NCBI RefSeq assembly: GCF_000143415.4
Contig: NW_003314344.1
Span: 574,106 to 638,105, forward strand
Origin: Selaginella moellendorffii
Lineage: Eukaryota > Plantae > Lycopodiophyta
Direction of reading: 5' to 3'
Length of the DNA: 64,000 nt
Translations under genes and position numbers: made by a program
Shown: positions 48,777-62,500 of the stretch, in pieces
How the letters are laid out: the number at the start of each line of letters is the position of its first letter
Position numbering within the stretch: position 1 is the stretch's first letter
Notes under the pieces: model-generated
What the model saw: the letters and a program-made list of their open reading frames with translations, nothing else
What the model was told of the DNA's origin: nothing
Databases searched by the model: none

Positions 48777-50489
48777 ATGGAGAGAAGGCAATGCTTGGAG
48801 CAAATCCAATCGTGTAGGACGCTTGCCGAAGCCGAGAATCTCCACTCGCGCATCCCGCCATGGATGAGCTCCGACAAATTCGTGGCCAAGAAGCTTATCG
48901 AGATGTATGGACGGTGTGGGAGCCTGGGCAAAGCGCGATCCATTTTCGATGCCATCGACGGCCCAAAAGATTCGTTCGCATGGAATCTTCTCCTCGTATC
49001 GTACTGCAGGAACGCATCTCTGGAAGAATCCAGGCACATCTTCTTCCAGATTCCCAATCCAGACCTTGTGGCGTGGACAACCATGGTATCGGCATATGCC
49101 CAGGCAGGGCATCCACTGCAATCGAGGGAGTTCTTTGTAAGAATGCCACAGTGGAATATGGTGACGTGTAACTCCATGTTGGCCGCTTACGCACAAAACG
49201 GACATGTTGAGGAGGCCAAGTTTGTGTTTGACTTTTTGCCAGAGCAAAATCTTGTGTCTTGGAACTCTATGCTTGCGGCATATACCCAAAACGGGCATTT
49301 GGAGAAAATGAGACAAGTCTTTGGCTCAATGCCTGTTCATGATTTAATCTCCTGGTGCTCTGTGTTAAGCGCTTACGTCCAACATGAAAAACTTGAGGAA
49401 GCAGTGTCAGTGTATGACTCAATGCCGGAGAGAGATTTAATTACTTGGAACGCCATGCTTGATGGATATGCAAAAACCGGACATTTACGAAAAGCCAAAA
49501 CTTTGTTTGACTCGCTGCCACAGAGAAACCTGATCTCGGTCACGGTTCTTCTGGTGGGCTTTGCGCAGTCCGGGAATCTTAGCGATGCAAAGAGAATCTT
49601 TACGACAATGCCCGAGAGAGACACTGTGTCGTGGACTGCTATGCTCGCTGCATATACGCAAAACGGTCATTTGGAGGAAGCCAAGCTCGTGTTTGACACG
49701 ATGCCGCAGCGGAGTTTGGTCTCTTGGAACGCGATACTCTCTGCTTTTGTGCAAAACGGCGTCCATCTCGAGCAAACCAAGGCTCTGTTCGACTCGATGC
49801 CGGAGAGAGACATGGTGTCTTTCAATGCAATGCTTGCGGCTTACTCGTGGAGCGGCTACGCGGAAGACGCAGCGAAAATGTTTGGCATCGAACTTCCGGA
49901 CCGAAACCTCGTCTCCTGGAACACTCTCCTATCTGGATTCGCCGAGAATGGTCATGTTTGCCAAGCTCGATCCCTGTTCCTCCAAATGCCCGAGCGAGAT
50001 CTGCTCTCCTGGAGTGCCATGCTCGTCGCCTTTGCGCAAAATGGACGCTTCGCCTCGGCCCTTGACACATTCGAATCCATGAAAACGCTCGAGCTTCCCG
50101 ACCACCTATGTTTCCGGGAGATCTTTCTCGTTTGCAACCACGTCGGGAAGGCTTCCATGGGAAGATCACATTTTGCTTCCATGCAGTTGGACTTCGAGCT
50201 GGAGCCGACCAAGCACCACTTTTGCTGCATGGTGGATCTCTTGAGCCGGGCTGGTTATCTCGAAGACGCAGAGGATTTGATCAAAACCATGCCTTTTCTG
50301 CCGGATGTGGTCGAATGGACGAGCTTGCTCGCTGCTTGCAAGAGCTATGGCGATGTTGAGCGAGGTACTCGAGCGGCACAAGCGGTGTGTGAGTTCGAGC
50401 CCGAGAATGGTGGGTTTTACGTGTCACTGGCCACCGTGCATGCCATTAAGAAAATAGTGGCGAAGGATTTGCTTTGCCCTAATTTTTGA
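48777..50489 (+). CDS. PLS-class PPR protein with E domain (organellar RNA-editing specificity factor), 570 aa
   Basis: Intronless; tandem MPERD(L/T)VSW.AML.AYAQNG repeats, HFCCMVDLLSRAG and E motif MPFLPDVVEWTSLLAAC; no DYW domain. Confidence 0.95.
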   Translation: MERRQCLEQIQSCRTLAEAENLHSRIPPWMSSDKFVAKKLIEMYGRCGSLGKARSIFDAIDGPKDSFAWNLLLVSYCRNASLEESRHIFFQIPNPDLVAWTTMVSAYAQAGHPLQSREFFVRMPQWNMVTCNSMLAAYAQNGHVEEAKFVFDFLPEQNLVSWNSMLAAYTQNGHLEKMRQVFGSMPVHDLISWCSVLSAYVQHEKLEEAVSVYDSMPERDLITWNAMLDGYAKTGHLRKAKTLFDSLPQRNLISVTVLLVGFAQSGNLSDAKRIFTTMPERDTVSWTAMLAAYTQNGHLEEAKLVFDTMPQRSLVSWNAILSAFVQNGVHLEQTKALFDSMPERDMVSFNAMLAAYSWSGYAEDAAKMFGIELPDRNLVSWNTLLSGFAENGHVCQARSLFLQMPERDLLSWSAMLVAFAQNGRFASALDTFESMKTLELPDHLCFREIFLVCNHVGKASMGRSHFASMQLDFELEPTKHHFCCMVDLLSRAGYLEDAEDLIKTMPFLPDVVEWTSLLAACKSYGDVERGTRAAQAVCEFEPENGGFYVSLATVHAIKKIVAKDLLCPNF

Positions 50490-52599
50490 GTTTTTCAACT
50501 TTTCCTTTTTCTCTCGCTCGACTTACCATTGGCGTCGTTGATCAGCTTCTTCACAGAAGCCATCTCGGCTCCAGATATCGCGCACAGCCGAGCCGGGAAA
50601 TTAATGCAGCATTCTCGGAATTCCTTCCGGGCTCACCCATAGTCCAATTTGGCTGTCATCTGATAAACCAGGCAACGCCACAGCTGAGCGTGTTATGAGA
50701 TGAAACACCAAAGGTGTGAGATCATAAATTAGGAAGCGGCAGTGGACAAGATCCAAGGTCTCAGAACAAGCTGGAAGTAGCAATGCACAAGCTCAATGTT
50801 TAGTTTGGTTAAAAAAAAAATTTATATAGATAGGAAGATAATAAACATTTTGGAATTTTATAATTATAAACATGTTTATAACTAATAAGCACAAGATTAA
50901 TATTATTGCATTAGATGGTAGAATAAATTAGAATATACTAGAAAGTGTTATGAAAGTTTATAAATTATAAATACAAGATTAATCTAAATGAATTATGTTA
51001 CATGGTAGAATATCCTAGAATATCCAAGCATAATCGACGCATATTCACTATATGTTTAAGCAAACCAAAAATAAATTCCCAAAATTCAATAGATTGCATT
51101 CAGTCAAGCATAATGCTAAGCTCTCACTTCTAGATAAGCCATCTCCCACTGGAATTCTCCTACAGGAGGGTAATCAACCATCTTTTGCTTTAAGGATCTC
51201 AACTATAGTCCATTCCTTATAGCCTCCAAACTGAAAGCTATGTTGTGGTGTGCACCATGAGTATTAGAAGAAGCAATCCTTAGGAGCAATCCCTCATGCC
51301 AACAATATTAAACTGCAGCATAGAAAGACTAGATTGATTGTTGTTGAGCTAGGGACTATCATGAGCTTCAGATGCTCTATGACAGGGAAATCTCAATGTG
51401 AAGGATTATTTAATGATCGAGCTTCTAGTCCACTACTTCTAGATATTCATATGGCCAAAGAGGATTTTGGAAATGATTAATTATGGAGCAATGGGGAAAG
51501 ATCCATCCTATACAAATCTCCTAGAAGACCTCAAACAAGCTCATGAGATCCAAGACTTTATATCCTTCTTCAAAATGACCACAAATATCCATGATTTTTC
51601 ATATGAATACATAGTGATGAGCTTGGGAAATGCTTAAAACATGTGATTACCCATAGAGAGAGTTGAGTAGGAAGAGCAATCAAAGTGCCATTTTTCGTTT
51701 TGCTTTAAGCTTAAACATATATTCTATTAGTAAAATATTAATATTAAATATTGATTATAAATGAATTAGAGAAAATTTTAAGAGAAGTAAACCACAACCA
51801 TTGTATTAAAGAACATTTTAGAATATAGCTAGATATTTTGAGTATATACTTTACACCCCTCGAAAGTAAATCAAAATAATTTGCTACCCTATATAATTAC
51901 TAGCAATGTTTGGTTCACTTTGGAAAAATAATATTCTATTGTTTTTTGATTAATATAATAATTTTGTTACTTTTATGACTAATAAATATTAAAAATTAAA
52001 AATTAAAAATTATAATTATTTTTAATATAATTTTTAATTTCCTTAAAATTATTTAAATTTATGAGTGTCAGCTACAATGAAATATATTATTATTATTATC
52101 ATAATGATAATTTAATAGCCAGTAGATTATTTTCAATCCAAACCACTCACTTGTGTATATAAACTATGGTTTTTGGGCTAATTAAATATACATATTTTTA
52201 TATTCCAATCACTCACATTAGTGAAAGTGAGGAGTAGCTCTAATTTTCTTTAAGAGGCACTTAGATTTATGTTTTTAGTTTAAATCTAGCTTTTACATTG
52301 TTTAGATCTCTCTCATTTTTATAGTTTTTTCATTTTTTTCATTTTTTTTTCTTTTTTTCATTCATTTTTCTGGAAAAGTAACATACTCATCCTTTACAAC
52401 AGCTTCCTTTTCCATAGCTAGATTTCTTCCATGAGAATTCTAGGGATGATATGCACTATTGGTTTGATCACTTTACCATCTATCATTCTTGGGATGTTTA
52501 AGTTTAGCCACTTCTGCCATCTCCTAGACATTTTCAAGCATGTAATTAGATATATTAAAAACTATAATGATATCTTTTATCAAGGTCTGTTTAAATTAG

Positions 52600-53236
52600 T
52601 TATGCAATTTAATCTTCACTTCCTAAGCCCAGTACTATTTAAATCTAAGAATGCTTAACCCCAAATATCCCAAAAAATTAAGGATGCATCTTTCCCTCTA
52701 TATTTAAACCTTTAAAAATTATATTTTGAGTTATTCTTTTTTGGTTTCTTACAATCTATCATGCTTCTTTATAAATTTATAATCCACCAAGCTTTCTAAT
52801 AAATTCACACCCTTGTGGATTGAAGTTGAGAGCTACCCCACTCTCGTGGCCCTCGGGTCAAGGCAAGCTAAACATAAACTGGACCTACTATATATTAATC
52901 TCAATATGTGCCTTAGTTAAACACTTGACCCTTTAGGTTAAGGCTAACTAGAGGCAAACTAGATTTACCATATGTCAATCTTAACATGTAATATGATTCC
53001 TCTAGCCAACTAATAGAGTTATACTTGAGACCCTTTTGATATCAAATGAAAACTCTTAAATTTGGACTTTCTAAGAAGTCACCCAGTTTAGTATTATTCA
53101 AACCCAAGGATGCTTAACCCTAAATATCCCAAGACCTTTAACTAATTGAAAAATGAAATGCACTCTTATTCATAGCCCTTTCCCTTTATATTTAAACTAG
53201 ATTATATTTTGAATCATTCTCTTTTGATTACTAACA
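52600..53236 (-). mobile_element. Decayed full-length Cassandra TRIM
   Basis: Two degenerate reverse LTRs (about 52600-52752 and 53047-53236) with the 5S segment (gtcacccag...agtattattcaaacccaaggatgcttaaccc); internal region similar to 34883-35085. Confidence 0.8.
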
Positions 53237-53840
53237 AGTAGATCAAGTTGAGCATGTTGTGGCCAATCTTTTGTTAATATCTTCTAGGACTTATGCATAT
53301 ACTTGACATATCCACTTTTGATGACGCTCTTCAACAAGCATAATATTATAAAACATCCTCCCATTTATAGTTACTCCATTTCCTGTGGGAGATGCTTCTG
53401 TTCCAATGGAAATTGATGTTGTTGTGTTTAAAAATAAGGGTGATTACGTGGTTGTGGTTCATTGGTGGGTGTATGATAAAGTTGGCTATATATATTGGTG
53501 TTGTTAGTGTTTCCCAGATTGACATCTTCCATTTCCAAGGTGGCCACTTTGGTATGAATAATGTCTTGTTGCTGCTACTATAGTGGAAGGTTTTGACATA
53601 AAGATACTTTTGGGAAACAAGGAGTTACGTGAGTAGTGAAGAGACATTAAGTGAATAAATCAATGACCCCTCTATATTTTTTTCAAGAGTACCATTAAGG
53701 GGTTTATTTGGCACAAATTCATTAGTGTTCACTTTCCAAGGTTGTTTTTATAACAAGAGATCCTATGTTATCCTCTTCATATTTGTCAATATAAGTTTAA
53801 GTTTATCTTTAATTGTTCAGCTTATTGCCACATATTGCCA

Positions 53841-53980
53841 TATAAGCAACCAAAAAGAATGATATAAAGTTTAAATATAAAGGGAAAGGGCCCATGAATA
53901 AAAACACACCCTTTTTTTTCAATTGATTAAAGGTTTTAAAATACTTAAGGTTAAGTGTCTTTAAGTTTAAATAGTATTGA
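53841..53980 (+). mobile_element. Partial Cassandra LTR
   Basis: taagcaaccaaaaagaatga...aaagggcccatgaataa...ggttaagtgtc matches the LTR at 34689. Confidence 0.75.
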
Positions 53981-55316
53981 CATACATATGTGTATGTGTG
54001 AATAAAATGGACCTACAATGTGTATGTAAATGAGGTGGACCTAATTGTATATATGGGTGATCTTGAGCTTGAGCTCTAAATATTGTAGGTAGTGCCAAGT
54101 TAAGCTTGTAACCTCATCCTTAGTATAACACAATCATGTTAAATATGACTTTGAAATTTCTCCTTCTTGTCTTATACTCTTTCTTCCTTCATTATTTTCT
54201 TTTTATTTTTTTACTCCAATTAAGGATTATAGCATATGTGGTTTTCACCTTTTATCCTATAGTGATTTACTATAGGATAATCACAAAGTAGAACTTAAAC
54301 CTTCTATATGCCATGTGTCATATGCCATGAGTCATTTACCAAGTGCCACATGCCACATGTCCAAAGATAGCAAAGCAGAACTTGAGTTTCAGGGCCTTGG
54401 GCCATTAAATGAAAGAACAAAGCCAAATTCCTAAGCTTGTACCCAAGGAGCGAAGGAATTAGAGCATGAAATGATTGTTGAGTATTCAGCCTAAGAAGTG
54501 AAAAGATAGGAGCACTGAGTGATATTGAAACAGTTTTAAAGCTTCAAGCATCCAAATGCCAGGACCAGTATATAAAATAGAGCCAAATAGAGTCTAGTGC
54601 TATTTCAGCATATTGGTGGTTTAATGCGAGGATATAGGTACTCCACTAGCTAGTATGGTATGGAATTTGAGCTTAGCTTTAAGTGTAAATCACAAATTTT
54701 TTCTTTCCAATTTGCTAGTTTACCTTATTTATTTGACCACTATTGCTTTAGCCTTAGTTAAATTCCCTTGCGAAGGTTCCCACCTATTGTACCAGCTATT
54801 ATTTGGTCCTATTTGATTTCAATTATCCATCTATTTATTCCCAATTTCTTTCCCAATCCCCCTCCCTAAATTAGATTGAACTTAAGGTTTGGTTACACTT
54901 CTCACAAGTATAAGCAACTAAGCACACAAAGCTAGCACTTTCATTTCCGCACTAAATCTACCAATCCTTCTATTGTGTATAGATTGAACTTAAAATTTGG
55001 TTACACTTCTCACAAGTATAAACATCTAAGCACACAAAGCCAACACCTCCATTTCCGCATTGAATTTATCAATTCTTCCATTGTGTAGACCAGTTATTCC
55101 ATGTGAGGCAACTAGTCATCCACCCGTACCGCAGTCCCACGGTGGATACCTTCGTCTGTGGATACTTCACATAAGAGGAAGGACGTACACATGGATGCCC
55201 AATACGTACAATTTCAAATTTAGGGGTAGGAATATACCTTACTCAAGGGTATATTATATTTTAAGTAGCCATTAATCAATGGGAATCAAACCCGTGCCAT
55301 TTGCTCCGATACTACA

Positions 55317-55937
55317 TGTAACGCACCTTAGCTCTTTCCCCTTAAACCAACTGGAAAAGGGGCAATTACTTGATGAAAGAGCCCTTAGTGACTATTTTAT
55401 CCCTATTTATCCCTCAAGGTTCCAAAGATCCACAGTGACAGTATATTCAAATCTCATCCCATGATCACATGCGCTACAAACAAGACTTGATCATGTGACC
55501 CTCTAAATCCTAAGTTTTAAGTGCATCACTTGCTTCGAAATCCAGGGGGAAACACCATGGCCTAACAACCCAGTATAGGTACCCTTACTCCCCTACTTCC
55601 ATCTTAAAGGGAATGTAATGCACCTTATCTCTCTCTTCTTAACCCAACTGGAAAAAGGGCAATTGCTTGATAAGAGAGCTTTTAGTGGCTATTTTATCCC
55701 TATTTATCTCTCAAGGTTCCAAGGATCCACGGTGACAGTATATCCAAATCTCATCCCATAATCACATGCGCTACACTCACCCCCCCTTATCTCTCTCCTC
55801 TTAAGCCAACTGGAAAAAGGGCAATTGCTTGATGAAAGAGCCCTTAGTGGCTATTTTATCCCCATTTATCCCCCAAGGTTCCAAAGATCTACAGTAACAA
55901 TATATCCAAATCTCATCCCATGATCACATGCGCTACA
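55317..55937. repeat. Three approximately 162-bp TG...CA units within the left chromovirus LTR
   Basis: Units at 55317-55478, 55614-55775 and about 55785-55937, all ending ATCACATGCGCTACA. Confidence 0.85.
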
Positions 55938-56299
55938 GCAAAGGCCTAAGCCCTTAGGAAGGAGTGAGGATCAATGAGTTGCACTCAAGTGGGGCACCAC
56001 TCCACTTGAATTAGGAGCACTGCAGTTGGTTTCCCTTTAGGGAGTGGAAGCTTGAGCACTTCCTTGGGTGGCCTCTCCAACACTACTCGAGTCTATGCTC
56101 ACTCTCACGCAAAGTCCCTAAACCCCAGTCTCAACCTCAAGTTCGTTTAGAAACACCACTAACGAGTTCCTTTAAAACTGGTTCTTAGACTTCACTATCG
56201 CTACTATACTTTTGGAACCCCCTACAGCCCTTCCCCCCCCCCCCTCTCTCTAATGGGACAATTACTTTGGGATTTCACCCCATAACCTATATTAATATT

Positions 56300-56535
56300 T
56301 GGACTCAGTCTTGGACTCGATCTTGGACTTAACCTCGGACTCAGTCTCAGACTCAATCTCAGACCTAATCTTGGACTTGGTCTCGAACTTGGTCTTAGAC
56401 TTAGTCTCAGACCCGATCTCAGATCTCGGACTTAAGCTCGAATTTGGTCTCGGAGTTAGTCTCAGACTCGATCTTGGACTTGGTCTTGAACTTAGTCTTA
56501 GAGTCAGTCTTGGACTCGATCTTAGACTTGGTTTT
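56300..56535. repeat. Degenerate hexamer tandem array (RGWCTY) in the LTR; counterpart at about 62110-62350
   Basis: Runs of ggactc/agtctc/agactc/ggtctc units in both LTRs. Confidence 0.85.
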
Positions 56536-59500
56536 ATCCAATGAACTCTTTATTATTCCGGTTGTGGTTTTAGGGATCTTTTAGCCTATGACACCTCGGG
56601 GAGTTGGTTTTTTTACAACTCCACCTATAAAAGAAGTTTGATACCCACATTGAACATCTCTTTTTAATCCTTTGACTTGTTGACCATGTTTCTGGGGGCA
56701 ACCCCTTATTTAGCAATGTGCCTAAGTTAGCCTCCCTGGCAAAAAGCTCATGACAATGGGATATAAATGTCCTTATACCCTCACCTTACCATGCTTTAGT
56801 ATAGGGTTAAAACTTGAACCCAACCTTGCTTTACTAAAGAGTTGGGACTTGAACCCAACCTCCCTAGAATATGTCTATGGGTTTGACATCCCTCTCAGGG
56901 AGTCGAGTGTAGCTCTCTATGCATAGTTAACCTAGCTAAATCCATGCTAATTAGCTTACCTTTAGCATGCCTTTGGGTCCCAACATATAATATTGTTTAA
57001 TTTCACAAATAGATACTTTAATTGTAAGTACATAAAGTTTTATTTTGCAAAAATTCCTCCATTAAACTTGCGCATTCACTAGGTTTATCCTTTGGTTCTT
57101 ATGTTGCTTTATAATATAAAAATCCTTTCCACTTCATATAGAACTCCCTCATCTCACATCCTTGTCACTTGCTCTTGCACATATTAAGGATGGCTTTGAC
57201 CTCCTTTTAGATAACCTTAGGTAAAGGTCCTATTTGGTTCTTGTGAACTGGATCTCAAAGTACTGCTTGAGTAAGTTCACTTGGAACATAGTCAGAGGCG
57301 ATAAGCTATTCATACATGCTAGGTAATCCTCAGAACTTGAGCCTCTATATTCTACTAAAAGTATCATTTTGGTAGCATTGAAGCTATCTACTAAAGTGCT
57401 TTTGCCTATAGATTTCTAAGATCATAGGTGAAAACTATGTATGTTACATTGACTAGGGCTAGATAATTAGCATCAAAGTTCTGCTCCTTGGTTCTTGTTT
57501 TTTTTTTTTTTTTTCTGTTCCTCCATTGCTGTGACTAAGCATTAGTATTGACAATCGTAGGTTGCTATATACAATACCATCCAGATGTAATTCGAGCCTC
57601 AATCTCATAATGCCCCACAAACCTGCTTAAGGAACTCAAAATCAATTCTTTTCCAAGAATATATGCATTTTATCTTTAGGTCAACTTTTGATTAATCCCA
57701 CTTAGTAACCTTAGGTTCTTAGTGTTCTTCAGCCACACCTTCTCCCCAAGTTGGAACTTTATGTCCCATCGCTTTTGATTCACATATTTGGTTTAGCTTT
57801 GTTGAGCCCTTTCTAAGGAATCTTTCACTAAATTCCAAATGTTGAATTTTTCTGCTATGAACGCCTCTACTATGGGTAATTTTCCATGATACTTAGCCAC
57901 ATCAAGTTCCACAAGACCTTCAATAGCTCACTTATTGATGACTTTTTATAGACTCACCTCGATATTCAAATGTGATGAATTATTATAACATATTTTCACA
58001 AATCCAAAATAACTTACCCAATCAGTCTAGTCTCTGGAGATATAGCACTACAAATAATCCCCCAACTACTTATTCACCCTTTCCATTTGTCCATCTATCA
58101 AGAAGTGTTATTACCATCAAACTTGACTCAATACCCAATACTTGTTTGTGGGTGATAATCTATATTGAATTTTAACTTGGTGCAATATTGTTCTAAAAAA
58201 GTTCTTTAAAACCTATTGGTGAAGATCTTATCTCAATATGAGATAATTTCTTTTGACCTTCTCCGCACTCAAACCATTTGTTCAAAGAACAATTTTGCCA
58301 TGCTTTTCACATCCACTTTTATTGTGGTGGGTATGAAATATGCCATTTTTGAAAACTAGTCCACCATCACAAAATGTGCTATTTGCACATCATACCAAAA
58401 GGTTGTTGTCAATTTCAAGCTTACATTTTGACTTAGAGCATCTATCACAATATTGCTCTTCCCAAATTTATATAGAATCTCGCAATCAAATTTGGCCAAA
58501 GCATTAGCCCATCAATCCTATTTTCCTCATAGATCAAGTTGTAACAAAAAGTCTTTTATTGCCACATTATCCATGTAAACTTTAAAATGTCTCCCAAGGT
58601 AGTGTCGCTACTCCTTGAGCACCTTGACCACCACAAATAATTCCTTTTCATGGGCAGGCCACATTTATTGAGCTTTGTTCAATTTCTTCGAGAAGAACAC
58701 CATGGGATGGTTGTCTTGCTTTAAAACTACACTTAATACAAAGTCTAAAGCATTCAGTTTTACCTTGAAGTCTTTACTAAAGTTTGGTAACGCTAACACG
58801 AGAGTCTTCCTCAACTTCCTTTTAAGGTGGAAAAATACCACCTCTTATTCCGTTGTCTATACCATTTTCTCTTTTCCTGTTTGGTCTGTTAAAGGCAAGG
58901 TTACTCTTGAATAGTATTTGATAAACTTTCAATAGTAGTTATATACCTCTAAGAACGCCCTTAACTCATCTATATTTAATGGTTGTTCCCATTCCTAAAT
59001 CACTTGGACCTTCTCAAGGTCCACCTTAAGCCTGTCCTTGCCCACCACATGCCCGAGAAAATTTACTTTTTGTTGAGCAAAGTCATATTTGCTATTTTTA
59101 GCATACAACTTATGTTCCCTTAATTTCTCAAACACCATCCTCAACATTTTAGCATGCTCCTATAGTGTCTCACTATAAATCAGGATGTCATCAATGTAGA
59201 TAAGCATGACAGGATTCAAATAGGGTACAAAAATGTGGTTCATTAGCACTAAAAATGTTGCTGATGCATTGTATAATCTAAAGAGCATCACCAAAAACTC
59301 AAAACTTCCATACCTTGTTTAATAAGTTGTTTTGTCGACATTTTTCTCTACTACCCTGATCTGGTATTATCTTGACCTTAGGTCAATCCTCAAGAAGTAT
59401 TTCGCCTTTCCTAACTTGTTGAACAGATCCTTAATCTTTGGTAAAGGGTATTGTATACTTGTTAAGCAACTAGTAGTTTATGCACATGCGCATAGACCCA

Positions 59501-62500
59501 TCTTTCTTTTCACAAATAACACTAGTGTCTCATACAACAACTTGCTCAACTTAATATACACTTTATCCATTAACTCTTTAAGTTAGTGCTTGAGCTCTTT
59601 GAATTCCTTTTCCTTCAACTGATAGGGGGGACAAGCAACCACCTTAACACCCTTGACTAGCTTGATCTTATGTTTTATTGGTCGTGTGGGGGGTAACTCC
59701 ATTGGTAGCTCCTCCATTGCCCTACCTTTAGATCTTAGGCCTCCATCCTAGATTGTTCTCCCTGGGAAATTGCTAATACCACTACATTCCTATTTTGTCT
59801 ATGTAGGGCTATCACAAATCAATTGAACCAATCCATCCCAAAGATCACGTCAAATTTTTCCATGTCCAACACAGTGAAATGCATATCTACTTTCTATATC
59901 TTTACTTCAACTTTTGCTTGTCGAAGTACTTCATCGGTGCTCTAGCTACCTTGAACAAACTCTTTAGTCCTTGGTTCACCTAGTTGCTACACTGTTAGTT
60001 TAGCTTGCCGAACTATGTTTGTAGCCATAAAATTATCTGAAGCACTTGTGTTAATAAGGATTTTAAGAAAGCTACTTTTAAGCTTCCCTTGGAGGGCTAG
60101 TAGATGTCGCGAATGACTTTCTACCAAAGTTGCTCATGTAATGAGGAACTTTGAATTAGGGACTAGATCATGTACTTTAGTTTATATTTCACTTGATTTA
60201 ATGGCCATATTAACTCTTGGCTTCTTCGGGTAAAGACATTCTCTCAAAAAGTGTCCCACTTCACTATAATTAAAGTATATGTTGTTTCCCATACTACAAG
60301 CAGACTTAACATTGTTATTAGTGGGTTTATCCCTTTTCACTTGACTACCCCATGTACTTGCTTGCTGGCCACTGGATTTGCCTTTTCAAAACACTGAGGA
60401 CTCATTTTTAGAGAAATTGTTCTTGAATTTCCTTTTGCTATATGTCCCCTTTGGTTTGGTTTCTTTGCTAATTTAGACTTTAACCCCGTTATGTTCCCCT
60501 TTCGCAAGTTACTATTGAAATGCACCTTAAGAACTACATCTAATGCTTCCTTATAGTTTCTTGGGTTCTAATGCATCACCTCGCCTCGAGCCTAGGTCCA
60601 TAAGCCTAATATAAAGGCATAGAATGCATCCATGTCACCCATATCCATGATAAGGATCCTCTTTACCATGAACATATTCACATACTTTTAAATGGTTCTT
60701 ATTTGTTTCAGCCTACTTAACTCATTCCTTAGATGTAGAGTATTTAGAGGAACATAACTTGCATGGATCCTTACCTTTATCATTTCCTAAGTGGCCATAG
60801 GTCCTTTGTTGGCTTCTGTTGTTCTCCACCAAGACTTAATATTATTTGCCAAGTATGGTTTTGCACATAGAACCTTCTCCAAGCTTGGTAACCACAGCAC
60901 TCGGAAATAATCCTCCATATCGTAAAACCAATCCTTCACCATCTTATAATCGTTCACTCCCTTGAATATTGGTGGGGGGAACTACTTAAGGGATTGATTT
61001 CATATTAGTTTGTTTGACCTTATTTGGTTTTGCCTTAGTCCCCGTCAAAGGGTCCATATGTTCTGCATTACCAACATCTGCAGTTTTTTTGCCTTTTCTT
61101 CCTTTTTTTGTCGTGCTTTAGTTTGCATATGAGGTTCTCCAGTAGGGCATTAGTTTGTGCCAATTGTCCTTTTAGAATATTCAATTAAGCTTTGGATAAC
61201 CAAACCTCACCACTAAACTCTTATTTAGAAGTTTCCTCACTAGAGTCCTCATGCAAAGATTCCTCATCCATAGCTTTTTGTTCAACTAGAAGCTCTAGTT
61301 CCAGAGGAGGTTCCATCTTCGCCTTGGTTATCTTATGCTCTGCTTTAGCAATCTCCCAATAATCTACCTTTAACCTTTGCTAGAATTGAGGAAAAAACTC
61401 TAATACCAAATTGTAAACTATAAATTTTTCCTTTTTAATTTGCCAGCTTACCTCTTTTATTCGACCACCACTATTTTGGCCTTAGTTAAGTTCCCTCGCC
61501 AAGATTCTCACTTATTGTACTAGGTCTTACTTGGTCTTACCTAGTTTCAGTTACTCATTGCACAAGTAATAGAGTGTTAGCCATCCATCCATAGATTCCT
61601 AATTTCTCTTCCAATCCCCCTCCCCAAGTTAGATTAGACTTAAAGTTTGGTTACACTCCCTGCAAGCACAAACAACAAACCACATAAAGCTTCTAGGTTC
61701 CTATCATCTTTTGGTATAACAAAACTTGATGACAGGAGCTTCTAAATCCCAATCCTTGGGTGCATCACTTGCTTCAGGACCCTAGGGGGAAACACCGTGG
61801 CCTAAAAAAAGCCGCAAGATACTCAAGTGGGGCATTACTCCATATGAGCCAAGAGCACTACAATCAATTTCCTTTTTGGAAGTGAGATTTGCTCTTGAGC
61901 ACTTCCTTGGGTGGCCCTTTTAGCACCACCTGTGTCTATGCTCACTCCCACCTAAGACCCCTAAGCCCTAGTCTTAACCTTAAGTCAGTTTGGAAACACC
62001 ATTAGAGAGTTTCTTCAAAACTAGTTCTTGGACCTCATTATTTCTACTATACTTTTGGAACCCCGTACAACCTCAACCTTTACCCCCCTCAGACGATTGT
62101 TTTGGGCTTGTATTCAGACTAGGTCTCAGACTCGATCTAGAACTCGACCTTGGACTTGGTCTCGGACCTGATCTTGCACTTGGTCTCGAACTCGATCTCA
62201 AACTTAGTCTCGGACCTGATCTCAGATTTTAGACTTAGTCTCAAACTCGGTCTCAGACTTGATCTCAGAGTCGGTCTTAGATTGATTATGGACTCGGTCT
62301 CAAACTTAGTCTCAGAGTCAATCTTAGTCTTAATCTCGGTCTCGGTCTCATCCGATGAACTCTTTATCATTTTAGTCGTGGTTTCAGAGATCCTAGCCAA
62401 CGATATCTTGGGGAGCTGGTTCTTTAGACTAAGTTGGATGTAGAACTAAGATAGGCATACATTCGAGAGCTAAACTATACCTTGAGTTAGTTAGCCATGC

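Larger units (their letters stand above)
52060..54200 (+). mobile_element. Decayed second copy of the 32744 gypsy family (LTR, gag, protease)
   Basis: LTR end tattccaatcactcaca at 52217 followed by a degenerate PBS; 53380-53840 aligns with 33820-34285. Confidence 0.8.
54684..62428 (-). mobile_element. Decayed chromovirus-type Ty3/gypsy retrotransposon
   Basis: Related LTRs at 54684-56617 and 61412-62428, TSD TTAAG/CTAAG, and an iMet-type PBS at about 61398-61410. The minus strand holds gag knuckle (VGHFLREC), protease, RT, RNase H and integrase remnants, plus chromodomain-like YEVERI near 57130. Confidence 0.8.

Noticed and set aside
50500-51700. Possible gene or TE fragments downstream of the PPR
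   Set aside because: Short coding-like patches without identifiable motifs; no supportable call.
56299-56544. ORFs over hexamer repeats (also 61990-62443)
   Set aside because: Open frames arise from the 6-bp periodicity within LTRs.
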